The notes: a model not told the origin generated them from the letters alone. A stretch of DNA of 64,000 nucleotides from Candidatus Marsarchaeota G1 archaeon BE_D (GCA_003019595.1 NEXD01000002.1:13137-77136), one strand, 5' to 3'. Counted from the first letter of the stretch, positions 27,185-37,126 are shown. Numbers and translations: made by a program.

Positions 27185-27219
27185 TAAAAAAGATTAACAC
27201 TTCGAGTTTTTTAAGGTTT

Positions 27220-28192
27220 TTAATCTTGCTTAATAGGATCAAGCACCCTTACTGGTACAGCAACAATTCCACTTTTTGAGTTGAGAATGTCATTTATTCC
27301 TTTTTTGGCTTTGGCTATTTCGATTAGATCCCCTTTTTGTGAATAAACTAACACTTCTTTGTTCCTCTCTAAGTTCTTACTTGCACACAGCACACCTGGC
27401 ATCGTAAGCGCAGCGCCTTTATACAAATTGGTTGCCGCAGATTCTCGTACAATTATTACTGGTAAATCATTAATCGCCCTTTCTACTGGCACAAAGTATT
27501 TGTACAGCTTATCTTCATCGCCTTGTGTTTTATATAAATGCAACGCATACGCTAACTGATTAAGCGTAACTGCGTCTTCTTCAGTAAATGAACCGCTTTT
27601 TGTTCTTCTCAATTCCACCATGCTTGCGCCTACACCCAGCGCTTCACCTATATCAAAACAAAGCTTTCTGATATAAGTACCCGCATCCGTCAAAGCTCTA
27701 AAAAGAACATATCTACCTTTAATTTCAATAATCTTTAACTCGTATATCCTTCTTTTTCTTATTTGTCTTTTTACTGCGGCTTTTTGCGGTGGCGTTTGAA
27801 AAATTTCGGCTTCGAATTCGCTGAACACTTTCTTTAAATCTTCTAGTTTGACTTCTGCGTGTAACTTAAGAATTCCAACATATTCTTTGCGTGTGTTCAT
27901 TATCCAGTGAAGAATTCTGTTTGCCACATTAAAAGAAATCGTAAGAACTCCACTCACGAGGGGATGTCACCGCTTTTTTAAACTCTAGTGTCCCCCCATG
28001 ACCTACTTTTTTTGCGCCCACCATTTTGGCCACCCAAGCAGTAACTTCATGACTGCTAGGTCCACGTGGCTTATCAATGTTAATTAAGCTCCGTTCGATT
28101 AATTGCGAAAAGCTTGGATACAAATCTCTGACATTTATTTTAGTCAGAGTCACGTCGCTCAGTTTGACTAATTCATTTAGTTCGTTAAGCAT
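27220..28192 (-). CDS. cbf5: tRNA/rRNA pseudouridine synthase Cbf5 (H/ACA RNP catalytic subunit), interrupted by a 19-nt BHB intron: join(28192..27985, 27965..27220)
   Basis: Track ORFs 27929-28192 (INIDKPRGPSSHEVTAWVAKMVGAKKVGHGGTL) and 27220-27957 (VSGVLTISFN.. plus PUA domain) are in different frames. Removing 19 nt gives HGGTL-D-PLVSGVL and recreates the catalytic Asp codon. The product is 317 aa. Confidence 0.9.
27966..27984 (-). other. Bulge-helix-bulge mini-intron in the cbf5 pre-mRNA
   Basis: Coding strand reads GGGGGGA|CACU|[AGA]|GUUU-AAAA-AAGC|GGUG|[ACA]|UCCCCUC. That is a 7-bp outer helix, a 4-bp central helix, two 3-nt bulges, and a 4-bp inner hairpin. The intron could equally be 27965-27983 because of the repeated A. 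Confidence 0.85.
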
Positions 28193-28194
28193 TC

Positions 28195-28752
28195 TTATTT
28201 GCGTAATGTGTTTTCACCTCTTAAGAAAAGTAGTGAACCTTTCACAGCCATTACAATAAGATCAAGCATAGGTTTTAACTCCCATTTCGATGTGTCCAAA
28301 ACTAAATCAAAATTATTTAGGCAATCCAAATTGTAACCATAAATTTCTCTATAACGCATTTTTTCGCTCATTTCTCGTATGCGTGTTTGTTCCAAAGCTT
28401 TTAAAAAAGGAATGGATTCGCGCATAGCTATTCTTTGAGCTCTAATAGTTAGTGGAGCGTTAAGATAAATCTTAAGGTCTGCCTGAGGTACGACCCATCC
28501 AGTGATATGACCTTCAAGAACAACGTTTCCCTTCTTGGCCTCTTCTAAGGTTATACTATCTACTTCTTTATCGATTGTGTGATCTTTTTCTGCGATAAGG
28601 CTTAATTGCAAAAGGTCTAATCCCTTATCAGCGGCTAATTTTCTAAAAATTTGACCAGCAGAAACATGTCTTAATCCTAGTTCATTTGCAAGCCTTATTG
28701 CAACCGTGGATTTACCACTACCCGGTGGACCACTGACTGTTATGACCACCAT
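28195..28752 (-). CDS. cmk: Cytidylate kinase (archaeal type)
   Basis: 185 aa. VITVSGPPGSGKSTVA P-loop. Position between adk and cbf5. Confidence 0.8.
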   Translation of the reverse strand: MVVITVSGPPGSGKSTVAIRLANELGLRHVSAGQIFRKLAADKGLDLLQLSLIAEKDHTIDKEVDSITLEEAKKGNVVLEGHITGWVVPQADLKIYLNAPLTIRAQRIAMRESIPFLKALEQTRIREMSEKMRYREIYGYNLDCLNNFDLVLDTSKWELKPMLDLIVMAVKGSLLFLRGENTLRK

Positions 28753-28766
28753 GAAAACTAGTTTAT

Positions 28767-29369
28767 TTAAGAACTGAAAAGTTTAACGATTTCTTTTGCT
28801 GCAAAAGATGGGTCCCCTTCTATATTTTGAACTATAACTACTGCTGCGCCCACAAGAACAGCGGACGCTATTGCGGCTGCACGTATAAGCTCCATAAAGG
28901 TGCGTATCTCTTCAATCGATGATTGATCCTTTCGTTCCCTTAATTTATCCAAATTTCTTCGCATAAAAATAACATCTGGAGGCGCTTCGAGAATAACGAT
29001 TATATCGGGCGCCAAAGATTCAACTACCCATTTAGGAAGGCCTGGCCATGCCCCGCTAGGTGTAGGAATTAGCACATGCGTGTCAACAATTATATTTTTT
29101 TCCTTTGCTTTAAGAGAAAGATTTTGTGCTGCTTCTTTTTGTAACAACAGCTGTCTTTCTAAAGGTAATTTTCTAATTTGATCTCGATTTTGCACCCATC
29201 CACGTTGAGATGCTATCGAAAACATTTCATCTCCGTAATTCACCACCTCTATCTCTTTTGTCAGTTGTTTTACGCTGTTTAACACTGTAGTCTTCCCTAC
29301 ACCGTTTATACCGGCCACAACGATTAGCTTGCCCTTTCTTGATAGTTTTACTTCATCCACGCTCATCAC
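28767..29369 (-). CDS. adkA: Adenylate kinase (archaeal AdkA type)
   Basis: 200 aa. VVAGINGVGKTTV. Directly downstream of secY. Confidence 0.8.
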   Translation of the reverse strand: MMSVDEVKLSRKGKLIVVAGINGVGKTTVLNSVKQLTKEIEVVNYGDEMFSIASQRGWVQNRDQIRKLPLERQLLLQKEAAQNLSLKAKEKNIIVDTHVLIPTPSGAWPGLPKWVVESLAPDIIVILEAPPDVIFMRRNLDKLRERKDQSSIEEIRTFMELIRAAAIASAVLVGAAVVIVQNIEGDPSFAAKEIVKLFSS

Positions 29370-29373
29370 AACG

Positions 29374-30822
29374 TCACTCCAACAATCTTGCCAAACCTGG
29401 ATAGACTTCTTCTATCTGTTCTTGCAGTAAAATTTGGTAAACTTGATAGATTATACCTATCGCAAGCAATAATCCCATACCAGAACCAAAGGCGCCAAGC
29501 ACGTCAGCAACTCCCGCAATTATTCCAGCAAGCAAAGAGCTAACAAAGGTAAGTGAATAAATGGGCTTTCTCAAAACCGCCTCTATTATCCCAACGGAGC
29601 TCCTAAAACCAGCGATTTGCAGACCACTACTTGCAAGTTGCTCGGCTTGATCGCGTGGGCCAAGTCCTGCTATTTCAACCCACATATACGCAAATACCAC
29701 AGAAAGAAGTGTAAGAAGGACCACAAAAACAAGAGCTCTTATGGGCTCTTGTATAGTCATACCCAATCCAATGGGATTTTGAATGTAGAAAGCTAAACCT
29801 CCAGTAGGTTCTATTTGACCACTGGCGGTTCTTGTGTATGTCCCTAGCCAGTTGAGATACCAAATATTATTGTTAGGATTTAATCTAGACCAAACTATTT
29901 GAGAGAAAAAGATATAGTCAGAAAAGAGTATTCCTGCTAGCAGCACCGGTACGTTAGAAACATATAGAAACTGTAGTGGTATTTTACTTCTATAACCCTG
30001 TGCTTTTTGATAAACCACAGGTATTTGTACCTTCATTCCTTGTAAATACACAAGCAGTATTATAAAAACGATTGTCGCAACTAGACCTACCAGATCTGGT
30101 GCGGGAGGAGAATATTGGCTTGGTGGGTAACGTATTACAGCCGCAAGGAAATTCCCTCTTAGGGCAGCTTGAAAAGCGGCAACAACCGCACCATAAGCGT
30201 ATACCGCACTAACCCCTTGAACATTAAAGGGCTGTGGGGAAAATGCGGAATAAAATACTTGAAAAGTCACACCCGCTAAAATAAAAAGGCTTATACCGCT
30301 ACCTATACCCCAACCTTTTTGAAGCATTTCATCAAGAAGTATCACTACGAGTGTTGAGAAAACTAGTTGCACAAAAACGAGAAGATCCTGTGTTGGAGTT
30401 AATGCACCGAATATCCGACCAAGCGTATACGCAGCTGCTTGAACCATCGTGAAAAGCACAGCGAATGTCTTTTGTGCGGCGGTAAAATCGATTCTGTCTG
30501 CTGGATTAGACAGGTCGATCTGTATGATTTTCGATCCGACGAGTATTTGCATAATCATGCCTGCTGTAACAATAGGCCCTATTCCAAGTTGCATTAGTGT
30601 ACCCTGTTTTGAAGCGAAAATCAGGTTGAGAACGCTAAATTGATTTGACACCTGCGGAGGAATCCCAAACAAGGGAATATCAGACATAATAAGATATACC
30701 ACTAGTGCAAGTCCAGTCCAAGCGAGTTTTTCTCTAAGAGAAGGTTTCTGGGCTGGCTTTTCTGCGGCAGGTAAGTATTTTGCCACCGAAGCAAGAGCGC
30801 TTAAAAATTTGCTACTACCCAT
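29374..30822 (-). CDS. secY: Preprotein translocase subunit SecY
   Basis: 482 aa, about 10 TM segments. GTLMQLGIGPIVTAGMIMQIL and GWGIGSGISLFI. Confidence 0.9.
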   Translation of the reverse strand: MGSSKFLSALASVAKYLPAAEKPAQKPSLREKLAWTGLALVVYLIMSDIPLFGIPPQVSNQFSVLNLIFASKQGTLMQLGIGPIVTAGMIMQILVGSKIIQIDLSNPADRIDFTAAQKTFAVLFTMVQAAAYTLGRIFGALTPTQDLLVFVQLVFSTLVVILLDEMLQKGWGIGSGISLFILAGVTFQVFYSAFSPQPFNVQGVSAVYAYGAVVAAFQAALRGNFLAAVIRYPPSQYSPPAPDLVGLVATIVFIILLVYLQGMKVQIPVVYQKAQGYRSKIPLQFLYVSNVPVLLAGILFSDYIFFSQIVWSRLNPNNNIWYLNWLGTYTRTASGQIEPTGGLAFYIQNPIGLGMTIQEPIRALVFVVLLTLLSVVFAYMWVEIAGLGPRDQAEQLASSGLQIAGFRSSVGIIEAVLRKPIYSLTFVSSLLAGIIAGVADVLGAFGSGMGLLLAIGIIYQVYQILLQEQIEEVYPGLARLLE

Positions 30823-31247
30823 TATATCCCTTCCTCTAAAAGAATCTGACCTCCGGCTTTCTTAATCTTTTCTATCGCACCTTTTGATGCGCTTTTAACT
30901 TTCACAGTTATGGGTTGCGATATACTACCTCGGCCTAGTAATTTCGTGTACCCGTAATCCGACAAATTGATTTCTTTTAATCCTTTTTCATTTATCAACT
31001 CGTTTAATTGCAAAATATTTATAGTTACCTCTTCTTTTACGTCGTATGGTCTTTTAAACCCGTGTTTGCCGAAAGCGTCTTTGCCATACTTTACAGTCCA
31101 ACTCCATTTGTGTTTATGTCTCCCTGCTTTCCCCACACCACCTTTAGCTCCTGCCTTTCTGTGTTGGCCTATCCTACCCCAACCAACACTTCGTGTGCCT
31201 CTTCTTTTTCTGGATCTTTTCTCTCTTCTTACAACCAAGATTATCAC
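30822..31247 (-). CDS. rpl15: 50S ribosomal protein L15
   Basis: 141 aa. Basic G-rich N-terminus. Last gene before secY. Confidence 0.85.
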   Translation of the reverse strand: MIILVVRREKRSRKRRGTRSVGWGRIGQHRKAGAKGGVGKAGRHKHKWSWTVKYGKDAFGKHGFKRPYDVKEEVTINILQLNELINEKGLKEINLSDYGYTKLLGRGSISQPITVKVKSASKGAIEKIKKAGGQILLEEGI

Positions 31248-31730
31248 CTAGATCATTCTTTTTATGAGGTCTTTTATGCTTTCGCCATAATAACCCCAAA
31301 CTCCTCCTTCTGCTCGTTTCTTTTTGTGATCACCTTTAAACCCACCGCTTGGTGGTGTTAGACGGAAAATTCTTAATAAGCCTTTTTTTATTAATTGATT
31401 GAGTTCACCATTCATTATCAATTGCGCAAGTTCTTCAATCGAATTTACTCCGAGTTTTTGTAATGCCTCTTGAGTAATCTTATGGTTTCCGACAATTCTA
31501 CCACGTTTTTTTAAAGTTTGAACTAAAATTTCTAAATCATTCACTTCTCCCCATGCAACATAGCGTTCAGCTTTTTTTATCATGCCTATTATCGAAGGAT
31601 CGTCATAATATATTACCATTGAATTTCTCTTCTTAAGGTTAAGCCTTTCCAGCGTTTCTGCTATTTCTTGTGGTACCTTCACGGTTCCCTTTATTCTTAT
31701 TATCGCTAAGAGCTTAGGCACTTTCAACAC
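31248..31730 (-). CDS. rpl30: 50S ribosomal protein L30
   Basis: 160 aa. LAIIRIKGTVKVPQEIAETLERLNL. Confidence 0.85.
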   Translation of the reverse strand: MLKVPKLLAIIRIKGTVKVPQEIAETLERLNLKKRNSMVIYYDDPSIIGMIKKAERYVAWGEVNDLEILVQTLKKRGRIVGNHKITQEALQKLGVNSIEELAQLIMNGELNQLIKKGLLRIFRLTPPSGGFKGDHKKKRAEGGVWGYYGESIKDLIKRMI

Positions 31731-31733
31731 CCT

Positions 31734-32375
31734 TTAACGATTCCAATCGATTGGAGACTTAAACTTTAAGGCTTTTCTTAACGAGTCAAGAGCGGCGTAT
31801 GCCATATTCACTCGGTTTCTCGTCTCTCCGAAGCTTTTAACCCACGCATCAGAAATCCCAGCAAAGCTGAACACTTCCCTTACAATATCAGAAGCCACAA
31901 CGCCTGTACCACGAGGGGCTGGAAGAACAATTAGTTCTACACTACCCGACTTTCCCCTTACCATATTAGGCAGGCTGTGTTGCGTACCACATCTACATTC
32001 CCAACTTCCACATCCACGTTTAACGTAGGTGATGTTTAGCTTTGCATCGATCAAAGATTTTTGTCTTGCGTCATTCAACTGTCTTGCTTTTCCTGTGCCC
32101 ACTCCAACAAAACCAGAACGATTGCCTACGATTGTGACCACTCTATAACTATTGACCTCACCAGCGTCTGTTTGCCTTTGAACAATATCGGAATAGATTA
32201 TCTTTGATTCAAGCGATGGTATTAAAAGATCAACAATTTGATATTCACGGATAGGCATGTTGTATTCAAGAATGTCCTTTATTGACGCAACTTTACCTTC
32301 TTTTACGAGTTTTCCTAATTTTGTTCTTGGTATCCACTCTTGGGTATCAACGTTCGATTCAGACATTTTTTTCAC
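31734..32375 (-). CDS. rps5: 30S ribosomal protein S5
   Basis: 213 aa. WIPRTKLGKLV, VVTIVGNRSGFVGVGTGKA and PAPRGTGVVA. Confidence 0.9.
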   Translation of the reverse strand: MKKMSESNVDTQEWIPRTKLGKLVKEGKVASIKDILEYNMPIREYQIVDLLIPSLESKIIYSDIVQRQTDAGEVNSYRVVTIVGNRSGFVGVGTGKARQLNDARQKSLIDAKLNITYVKRGCGSWECRCGTQHSLPNMVRGKSGSVELIVLPAPRGTGVVASDIVREVFSFAGISDAWVKSFGETRNRVNMAYAALDSLRKALKFKSPIDWNR

Positions 32376-32958
32376 CCATAGATTTAATCTTGTTCTTTAT
32401 TTCCTCAAAAAGTTGTTCTAGTCGCTCAGGTTCAACATTAGAAGAGATGTATTTTGAAAACAGTCTGGAATATTTTTCAGGAGACTCCTGTTTTAGCTTC
32501 TTGGCATATGCCGCAATGTGTGCACCTTGGATTCTTTCTTCCGATGGTATTACCTCATCTGAATGTGGAATTTCTAAACCCATGTCTAAGCATCCTTTCA
32601 AAAGTGCGTACACATTGGACTTAGGTACATGAGGTAAAAGGCCTATATCAATAATAGCTTCTTTCACGCCTTTTTTAAGGGCACGTAACGCTATTAACAT
32701 ACCAGTAAGATAACTCGCCGGAGCGGACGTGAGGCCAGTTGGGTAACCCAATTTGATCAATTCTCTGCTACAAGCTTGCGCAATCACATCGTCTTTTGCC
32801 TCATTAGATGAAATTATCTGAGCATAAATATACTTATTAGACCTTCTCACTACGAGTCTTGGAAGACCAGAACTTAAAAGGCGTAGCCTTTTTCTGTAGT
32901 CCGTCTTCCCCTCTCTTCTTCTTCTAAAAACTACTTTATAATTAGGACCATGCGCCAT
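32359..32958 (-). CDS. rpl18: 50S ribosomal protein L18
   Basis: 199 aa. RRRREGKTDYRKRLRLL and RLVVRRSNKYIYAQII. Confidence 0.85.
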   Translation of the reverse strand: MAHGPNYKVVFRRRREGKTDYRKRLRLLSSGLPRLVVRRSNKYIYAQIISSNEAKDDVIAQACSRELIKLGYPTGLTSAPASYLTGMLIALRALKKGVKEAIIDIGLLPHVPKSNVYALLKGCLDMGLEIPHSDEVIPSEERIQGAHIAAYAKKLKQESPEKYSRLFSKYISSNVEPERLEQLFEEIKNKIKSMGEKNV

Positions 32959-32961
32959 CTT

Positions 32962-33402
32962 TTACACCTTCTTTGTAAGAAAGTTTTTAAGGGATGAGAG
33001 GCTTGGAAAAACCCCACCTTTAATTTTCAAATACAATTCCCTGTATGTCTTTTTGTCCAATTTTCCACTTCTATATAGCTCCCTAATATAGGCTCTCTGT
33101 TTTCTTACACGATACACCCAGCTTCGTTCGAGGTCTCTGCGCGAGCCAGCACGACCTTTCCTAGACCCATGTCCTTTTCGCTTTCCTTTAGCTTTTTTTA
33201 TCATCAATTTTCTTTTTCTTCCTCTGGAAGGCGTAGAGGGGGGACGGCGTTCTATGTAACCCATATTTATTAAACTTCGAACGTCGTCTTTAGTTATTGC
33301 TTCAGCAACTTCGTCAACATGACGCGGATCGATATAGATTCGAGTAACTCCTACTCCAAGAATTTCGGCTGCAAGTCTTTTTTGAAGACGTAGATCAGGC
33401 AT
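32962..33402 (-). CDS. rpl19e: 50S ribosomal protein L19e
   Basis: The start is placed at internal ATG 33402 (MPDLRLQKRLAAEILGVG), which removes the overlap with rpl32e. Confidence 0.85.
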   Translation of the reverse strand: MPDLRLQKRLAAEILGVGVTRIYIDPRHVDEVAEAITKDDVRSLINMGYIERRPPSTPSRGRKRKLMIKKAKGKRKGHGSRKGRAGSRRDLERSWVYRVRKQRAYIRELYRSGKLDKKTYRELYLKIKGGVFPSLSSLKNFLTKKV

Positions 33403-33799
33403 TCTCACTTTCACCCTTTTCCACGTTTTTTTGTTTTCCATTCACCACTAATATGCCTTTTTCGACTGCCATTGCCTCTAATTTTGCAAATTTTTGAGCG
33501 CCAAGTCTTCCTGAAAGAATCACACACTGTGTTTTAGGATCCACTTTTGCTAGTTCTGATTCATTCGTAACATACACGGGTATTTTACCAGAAGGATGAT
33601 AGCCTCTCACAGCTTTAGGTGTTCGATAGCCAATTTTGACATTTGGTGGGTAACCCTTGAATTCATGACGATACTTATTGTCAATCCCTTTTGGCTTTCT
33701 CCAAGACGTGCCTAACTTAACCCTTGTCCAATAATGGGGTCTTAGAAATTCAGGTTTTCTTAATTTTGCCCTAATTTTTTTGATCATTTGGGGTTCCAT
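33395..33799 (-). CDS. rpl32e: 50S ribosomal protein L32e
   Basis: 134 aa. SWRKPKGIDNK and GYRTPKAVRGYHPSG. Confidence 0.85.
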   Translation of the reverse strand: MEPQMIKKIRAKLRKPEFLRPHYWTRVKLGTSWRKPKGIDNKYRHEFKGYPPNVKIGYRTPKAVRGYHPSGKIPVYVTNESELAKVDPKTQCVILSGRLGAQKFAKLEAMAVEKGILVVNGKQKNVEKGESENA

Positions 33800-33805
33800 C
33801 TTTCA

Positions 33806-34339
33806 TCAACTCTTCGAGTAAACAAAAATGCCATCCGAGAATACGCGCGGGTCGTAATCCTTAATTTTTGTGGCTCTTTGAATGTTCGCTGCCGTTTGTC
33901 CAACAGCTTCTTTGTCTAATCCGCTTACTATAACATCATCGCCTTCTACTTTTACATTGACTTGGCCTACGATTTTTGCATAACGAGGAGATCTTTCCCC
34001 AATAAAGTTTTCAATCTTTACAAATCCATTTTCAACTTTTACATTCATAGGAAAGTGAGCGTATACCATCTTTAACCTATAAGTGAACCCTTGAGTAACT
34101 CCTTTTATCATGTTTTTGACGTGTGCCTCTGCTGTTCCAAGCAAAGAAAGCTCACGCTTCTTAACATTTCGTAACTCTATCTTAAGTGTGTTTTCGCTAA
34201 GCTCAAAATGGAGAGGTGTTCCTTCAAAGCTTTTTTTAAGAGAGCCTAGAGGACCAGTGACTTCAATTGTTTGATTTTCGATAGTCAGTTTCACATTTTC
34301 TGGAACCTTAAACTCTCTTTTGGCATACGGGATTTTCAT
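33806..34339 (-). CDS. rpl6: 50S ribosomal protein L6
   Basis: 177 aa. Two L6 repeats (VTGPLGSL..; YAHFPMNV). Confidence 0.9.
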   Translation of the reverse strand: MKIPYAKREFKVPENVKLTIENQTIEVTGPLGSLKKSFEGTPLHFELSENTLKIELRNVKKRELSLLGTAEAHVKNMIKGVTQGFTYRLKMVYAHFPMNVKVENGFVKIENFIGERSPRYAKIVGQVNVKVEGDDVIVSGLDKEAVGQTAANIQRATKIKDYDPRVFSDGIFVYSKS

Positions 34340-34351
34340 TTTTTAACACCT

Positions 34352-34753
34352 CTAATAAACGTAAGCGACCGCAATTCCTCCTATTCCTTTGCTCCTAGCT
34401 TCTACATGAGACATTACACCACTTGAAGTGGAAATTACAAGCACTCCAACCTCTTTAGATGGTAGATACTTGGTTGCTAGTTGGTCTATTCTTTCTTTGG
34501 ATACATTTAATCTTGGAACGATAACGCCACAGTCATTAATTCTCCCTAATAGCTGTATTCTAAATTTCCCTATCCTTCCATCATCGATATACTCGAACTC
34601 ACCAATGTAGCCAGCTTTTTGAATCACATTTAGGACGTATCCAACAAATTTTGATGCGCCATCGACTATGCAATAGCTTCTTCCTCTTTCTTCACATAAC
34701 TTAATTGTGTTCATCGTCGTAGCTAAAATGTTTTGTGTAGGCATGTTTATCAC
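34352..34753 (-). CDS. rps8: 30S ribosomal protein S8
   Basis: 133 aa. AGYIGEFEYIDDGRIGKF and LVISTSSGVMSH. Confidence 0.9.
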   Translation of the reverse strand: MINMPTQNILATTMNTIKLCEERGRSYCIVDGASKFVGYVLNVIQKAGYIGEFEYIDDGRIGKFRIQLLGRINDCGVIVPRLNVSKERIDQLATKYLPSKEVGVLVISTSSGVMSHVEARSKGIGGIAVAYVY

Positions 34754-34918
34754 CTAATCATACTTTTTGAAACCCAGTTTTTCAGCAACTTCTCTAAAGC
34801 ATTGGCGACAAAATAACAAACCATATCGTCTTATTAAATTACCCTGTGATCCACATCTAGTGCACCTGTAAGCGCCCTTGCCGTATTTTCTCTGCTTCAT
34901 AATAGGAGTTTTACCCAT
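34754..34918 (-). CDS. rps14: 30S ribosomal protein S14 (type Z / S29e)
   Basis: Not in the track (54 aa): [54 protein letters not shown]. Confidence 0.85.
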   Translation of the reverse strand: MGKTPIMKQRKYGKGAYRCTRCGSQGNLIRRYGLLFCRQCFREVAEKLGFKKYD

Positions 34919-34920
34919 TT

Positions 34921-35457
34921 TTAAATCACCTTGACCCCAAACTTTTCAATCAAATAATTTATTGCTTCCTCTTTATTTACAAGATGTCTTTTTGGCACTT
35001 TTGCTCTTTTTAGTTTTCTTTTTTCTACCCTTATTCCCTTTCGAACAAGTCTTACGCATACATCCAAACCAAAAATGCCTAACTCTGGATCATATTTTGT
35101 TCCAGGAATATAGATGTATTCCTTAATACCAAAACTAAAGTTTCCATAATCGTCAAAAACTGAAGATTTCAGCGTGTTTCCAATAGCCGCCAAGGCTCTT
35201 CTTAAAAAATCTTCCGCTTGTTTTCCTCTTAAAGTCACCACGCAACCTATTTCTTCCCCTTTTCTAACACCAAAATCACGTATGCTTTTTTTCGCTTTTC
35301 TTATGGCAGCTTTTCTTGACGTTAGTCTTTCTAGAATTGTAGTAGCCTTTTTTAACTTATCCCCTCCTTCGCCTACACCTATGTTTAGTACAACCTTTTC
35401 AATTCTGATTTCTCGCATAGGATTTTCTTTTTGCAAAACTTGTGACATCACCATCAT
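34921..35457 (-). CDS. rpl5: 50S ribosomal protein L5
   Basis: 178 aa. [21 protein letters not shown] and FGIKEYI. Confidence 0.9.
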   Translation of the reverse strand: MMVMSQVLQKENPMREIRIEKVVLNIGVGEGGDKLKKATTILERLTSRKAAIRKAKKSIRDFGVRKGEEIGCVVTLRGKQAEDFLRRALAAIGNTLKSSVFDDYGNFSFGIKEYIYIPGTKYDPELGIFGLDVCVRLVRKGIRVEKRKLKRAKVPKRHLVNKEEAINYLIEKFGVKVI

Positions 35458-36212
35458 TCACCATTCATACTTGGAAGTGATATAAGGGGTTTATCTTTGC
35501 CCACAACTATGACATAATCAAGGATAGTTTCGACAACGCGATTGTTCGAAAGAGTTATCCTTACTAATGATCTTCGCTTTTTGAATGCGGGCACAATTTC
35601 TGTAAGAACACCCCAAGCGCCACTGTTTTTACCTTTGAACACCAAAACCAGCTTTCCTATTTCAAGCTTTATATGATCCAAAATTTGCTTACCTGTCACG
35701 TCAACTTTTAGCGAATCTAGTGTTTTATATTGAACATTCTTTCCATCTTGTGGAGAAGTTAGCTTGATAGCAAGGTTTACGCCAGCACTTAGATTAAGTT
35801 GCATCAAATTTTTGGACAAGATCGTTTTGTTTTCGATACGAAGAATTCTGAATTTCGATTCCTCTTCGCCTATCTCGTGTAATAGAAATCCATTTTTATA
35901 AGGCAATAATCTAAAAGTTTTATCTAAATCAGGAATTTTTACGACGTCCATTATTCCAACAGGAAAATCTATCCTTTTTATGATTTTTCCGTTTACAATA
36001 AACTTACCTTGGTTCAGAACCACTTTAGCCTCATGTGTGTTTTCAACGAGACCAAGCATATCCCTTAATATCAATAGAACTGGTACACTTTGATCTTGTG
36101 GATGAGGACCAGGCGAAGGTTTTACGACCCATTTAAAACTCTTTCTTTCAACAGGCCAAATTGGAGGTGCCGCGCTTCTTTTTAACGTTCGACTACCACC
36201 CATACTTCCCAT
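35454..36212 (-). CDS. rps4e: 30S ribosomal protein S4e
   Basis: 252 aa. LKRSAAPPIWPV, GPHPQDQSVPVLLILRD and DFPVGIMDVV. Confidence 0.9.
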   Translation of the reverse strand: MGSMGGSRTLKRSAAPPIWPVERKSFKWVVKPSPGPHPQDQSVPVLLILRDMLGLVENTHEAKVVLNQGKFIVNGKIIKRIDFPVGIMDVVKIPDLDKTFRLLPYKNGFLLHEIGEEESKFRILRIENKTILSKNLMQLNLSAGVNLAIKLTSPQDGKNVQYKTLDSLKVDVTGKQILDHIKLEIGKLVLVFKGKNSGAWGVLTEIVPAFKKRRSLVRITLSNNRVVETILDYVIVVGKDKPLISLPSMNGE

Positions 36213-36695
36213 TTAGCCATGCACCTCTTTTTCGATCTCAGTTTGCTCTTTACTTTGAGATTGTGTAGTCGTGCTTTTAGACTGGCTTTCAGCCTTCTCT
36301 GCTTCCTCTATTTCCTTTTGAATAATTTCTGCCGATACGCCCTTTCGCTCTAATATTTGGCGACGATATTTATCTGAAAGATCTAATTTAGTTATCATAA
36401 TGTTAGAAACATGAATGCCAACAAGTTTTGTTTTCCCTTTTTGAGACATTTCAGTTATTCCTTCAATGAAAACAAGTCTTCTTTTTACATCCACTCTAAC
36501 CACTTTACCAGAGCGTCCTTTATACCCACCGCTAACAATTTTGACCGAATCATTAACCCTGACTGGAATGGATTTTACAGAAAACCTCTGTCTCAACTCC
36601 TTTGAAAGAGGAGCACTCATGAGTTTTATGGCCTTGTGCCAAGGAAGGTTGTACAACGCCTTTCTCTGTTTTGAAGGTTTAGCGGAAAGCACCAT
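36213..36695 (-). CDS. rpl24: 50S ribosomal protein L24 (with acidic/Ser-Gln-rich C-terminal extension)
   Basis: 160 aa. KOW motif VRVNDSVKIVSGGYKGRSGKVVRV. Confidence 0.85.
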   Translation of the reverse strand: MVLSAKPSKQRKALYNLPWHKAIKLMSAPLSKELRQRFSVKSIPVRVNDSVKIVSGGYKGRSGKVVRVDVKRRLVFIEGITEMSQKGKTKLVGIHVSNIMITKLDLSDKYRRQILERKGVSAEIIQKEIEEAEKAESQSKSTTTQSQSKEQTEIEKEVHG

Positions 36696-36698
36696 TTT

Positions 36699-37124
36699 TT
36701 ATACCACCACGGATGCCAAACTCGCTAACTTTGGCAGTCGATCGACCGCCTCCTTTGCGACAGGACCACGCACCTCAGTTCCTTTTAAATCGCCTTCTGG
36801 TGTTATTATTACAGCCGCATTGTCTTCAAACTGAATTCTAGTACCGTCTACTCGTCGATAAGGCTTTCTTTGTCTTATAATTACTGCACGAACTATTTGT
36901 TTCCTCATTTCTGGATTTCCTCGCTTAACGGCTGCAATAATCACATCGCCTACTGCCGCACCAGGAATTCTTCTTGCTCTACCTTTAAACCCTGTCAACA
37001 TAACCATTTTTATCACTTTAGCACCTGTGTTGTCGGCACATACAAGCTCTGATTCGTTAAAAACCCCTGGTGTGAGATCTGGTCTGTATGTTATTCCAGT
37101 ACTTCTACCTCCTCGTTTTACCAT
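36699..37124 (-). CDS. rpl14: 50S ribosomal protein L14
   Basis: 141 aa. CADNTGAK, GDVIIAAVK and FEDNAAVII. Confidence 0.9.
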   Translation of the reverse strand: MVKRGGRSTGITYRPDLTPGVFNESELVCADNTGAKVIKMVMLTGFKGRARRIPGAAVGDVIIAAVKRGNPEMRKQIVRAVIIRQRKPYRRVDGTRIQFEDNAAVIITPEGDLKGTEVRGPVAKEAVDRLPKLASLASVVV

Positions 37125-37126
37125 TT

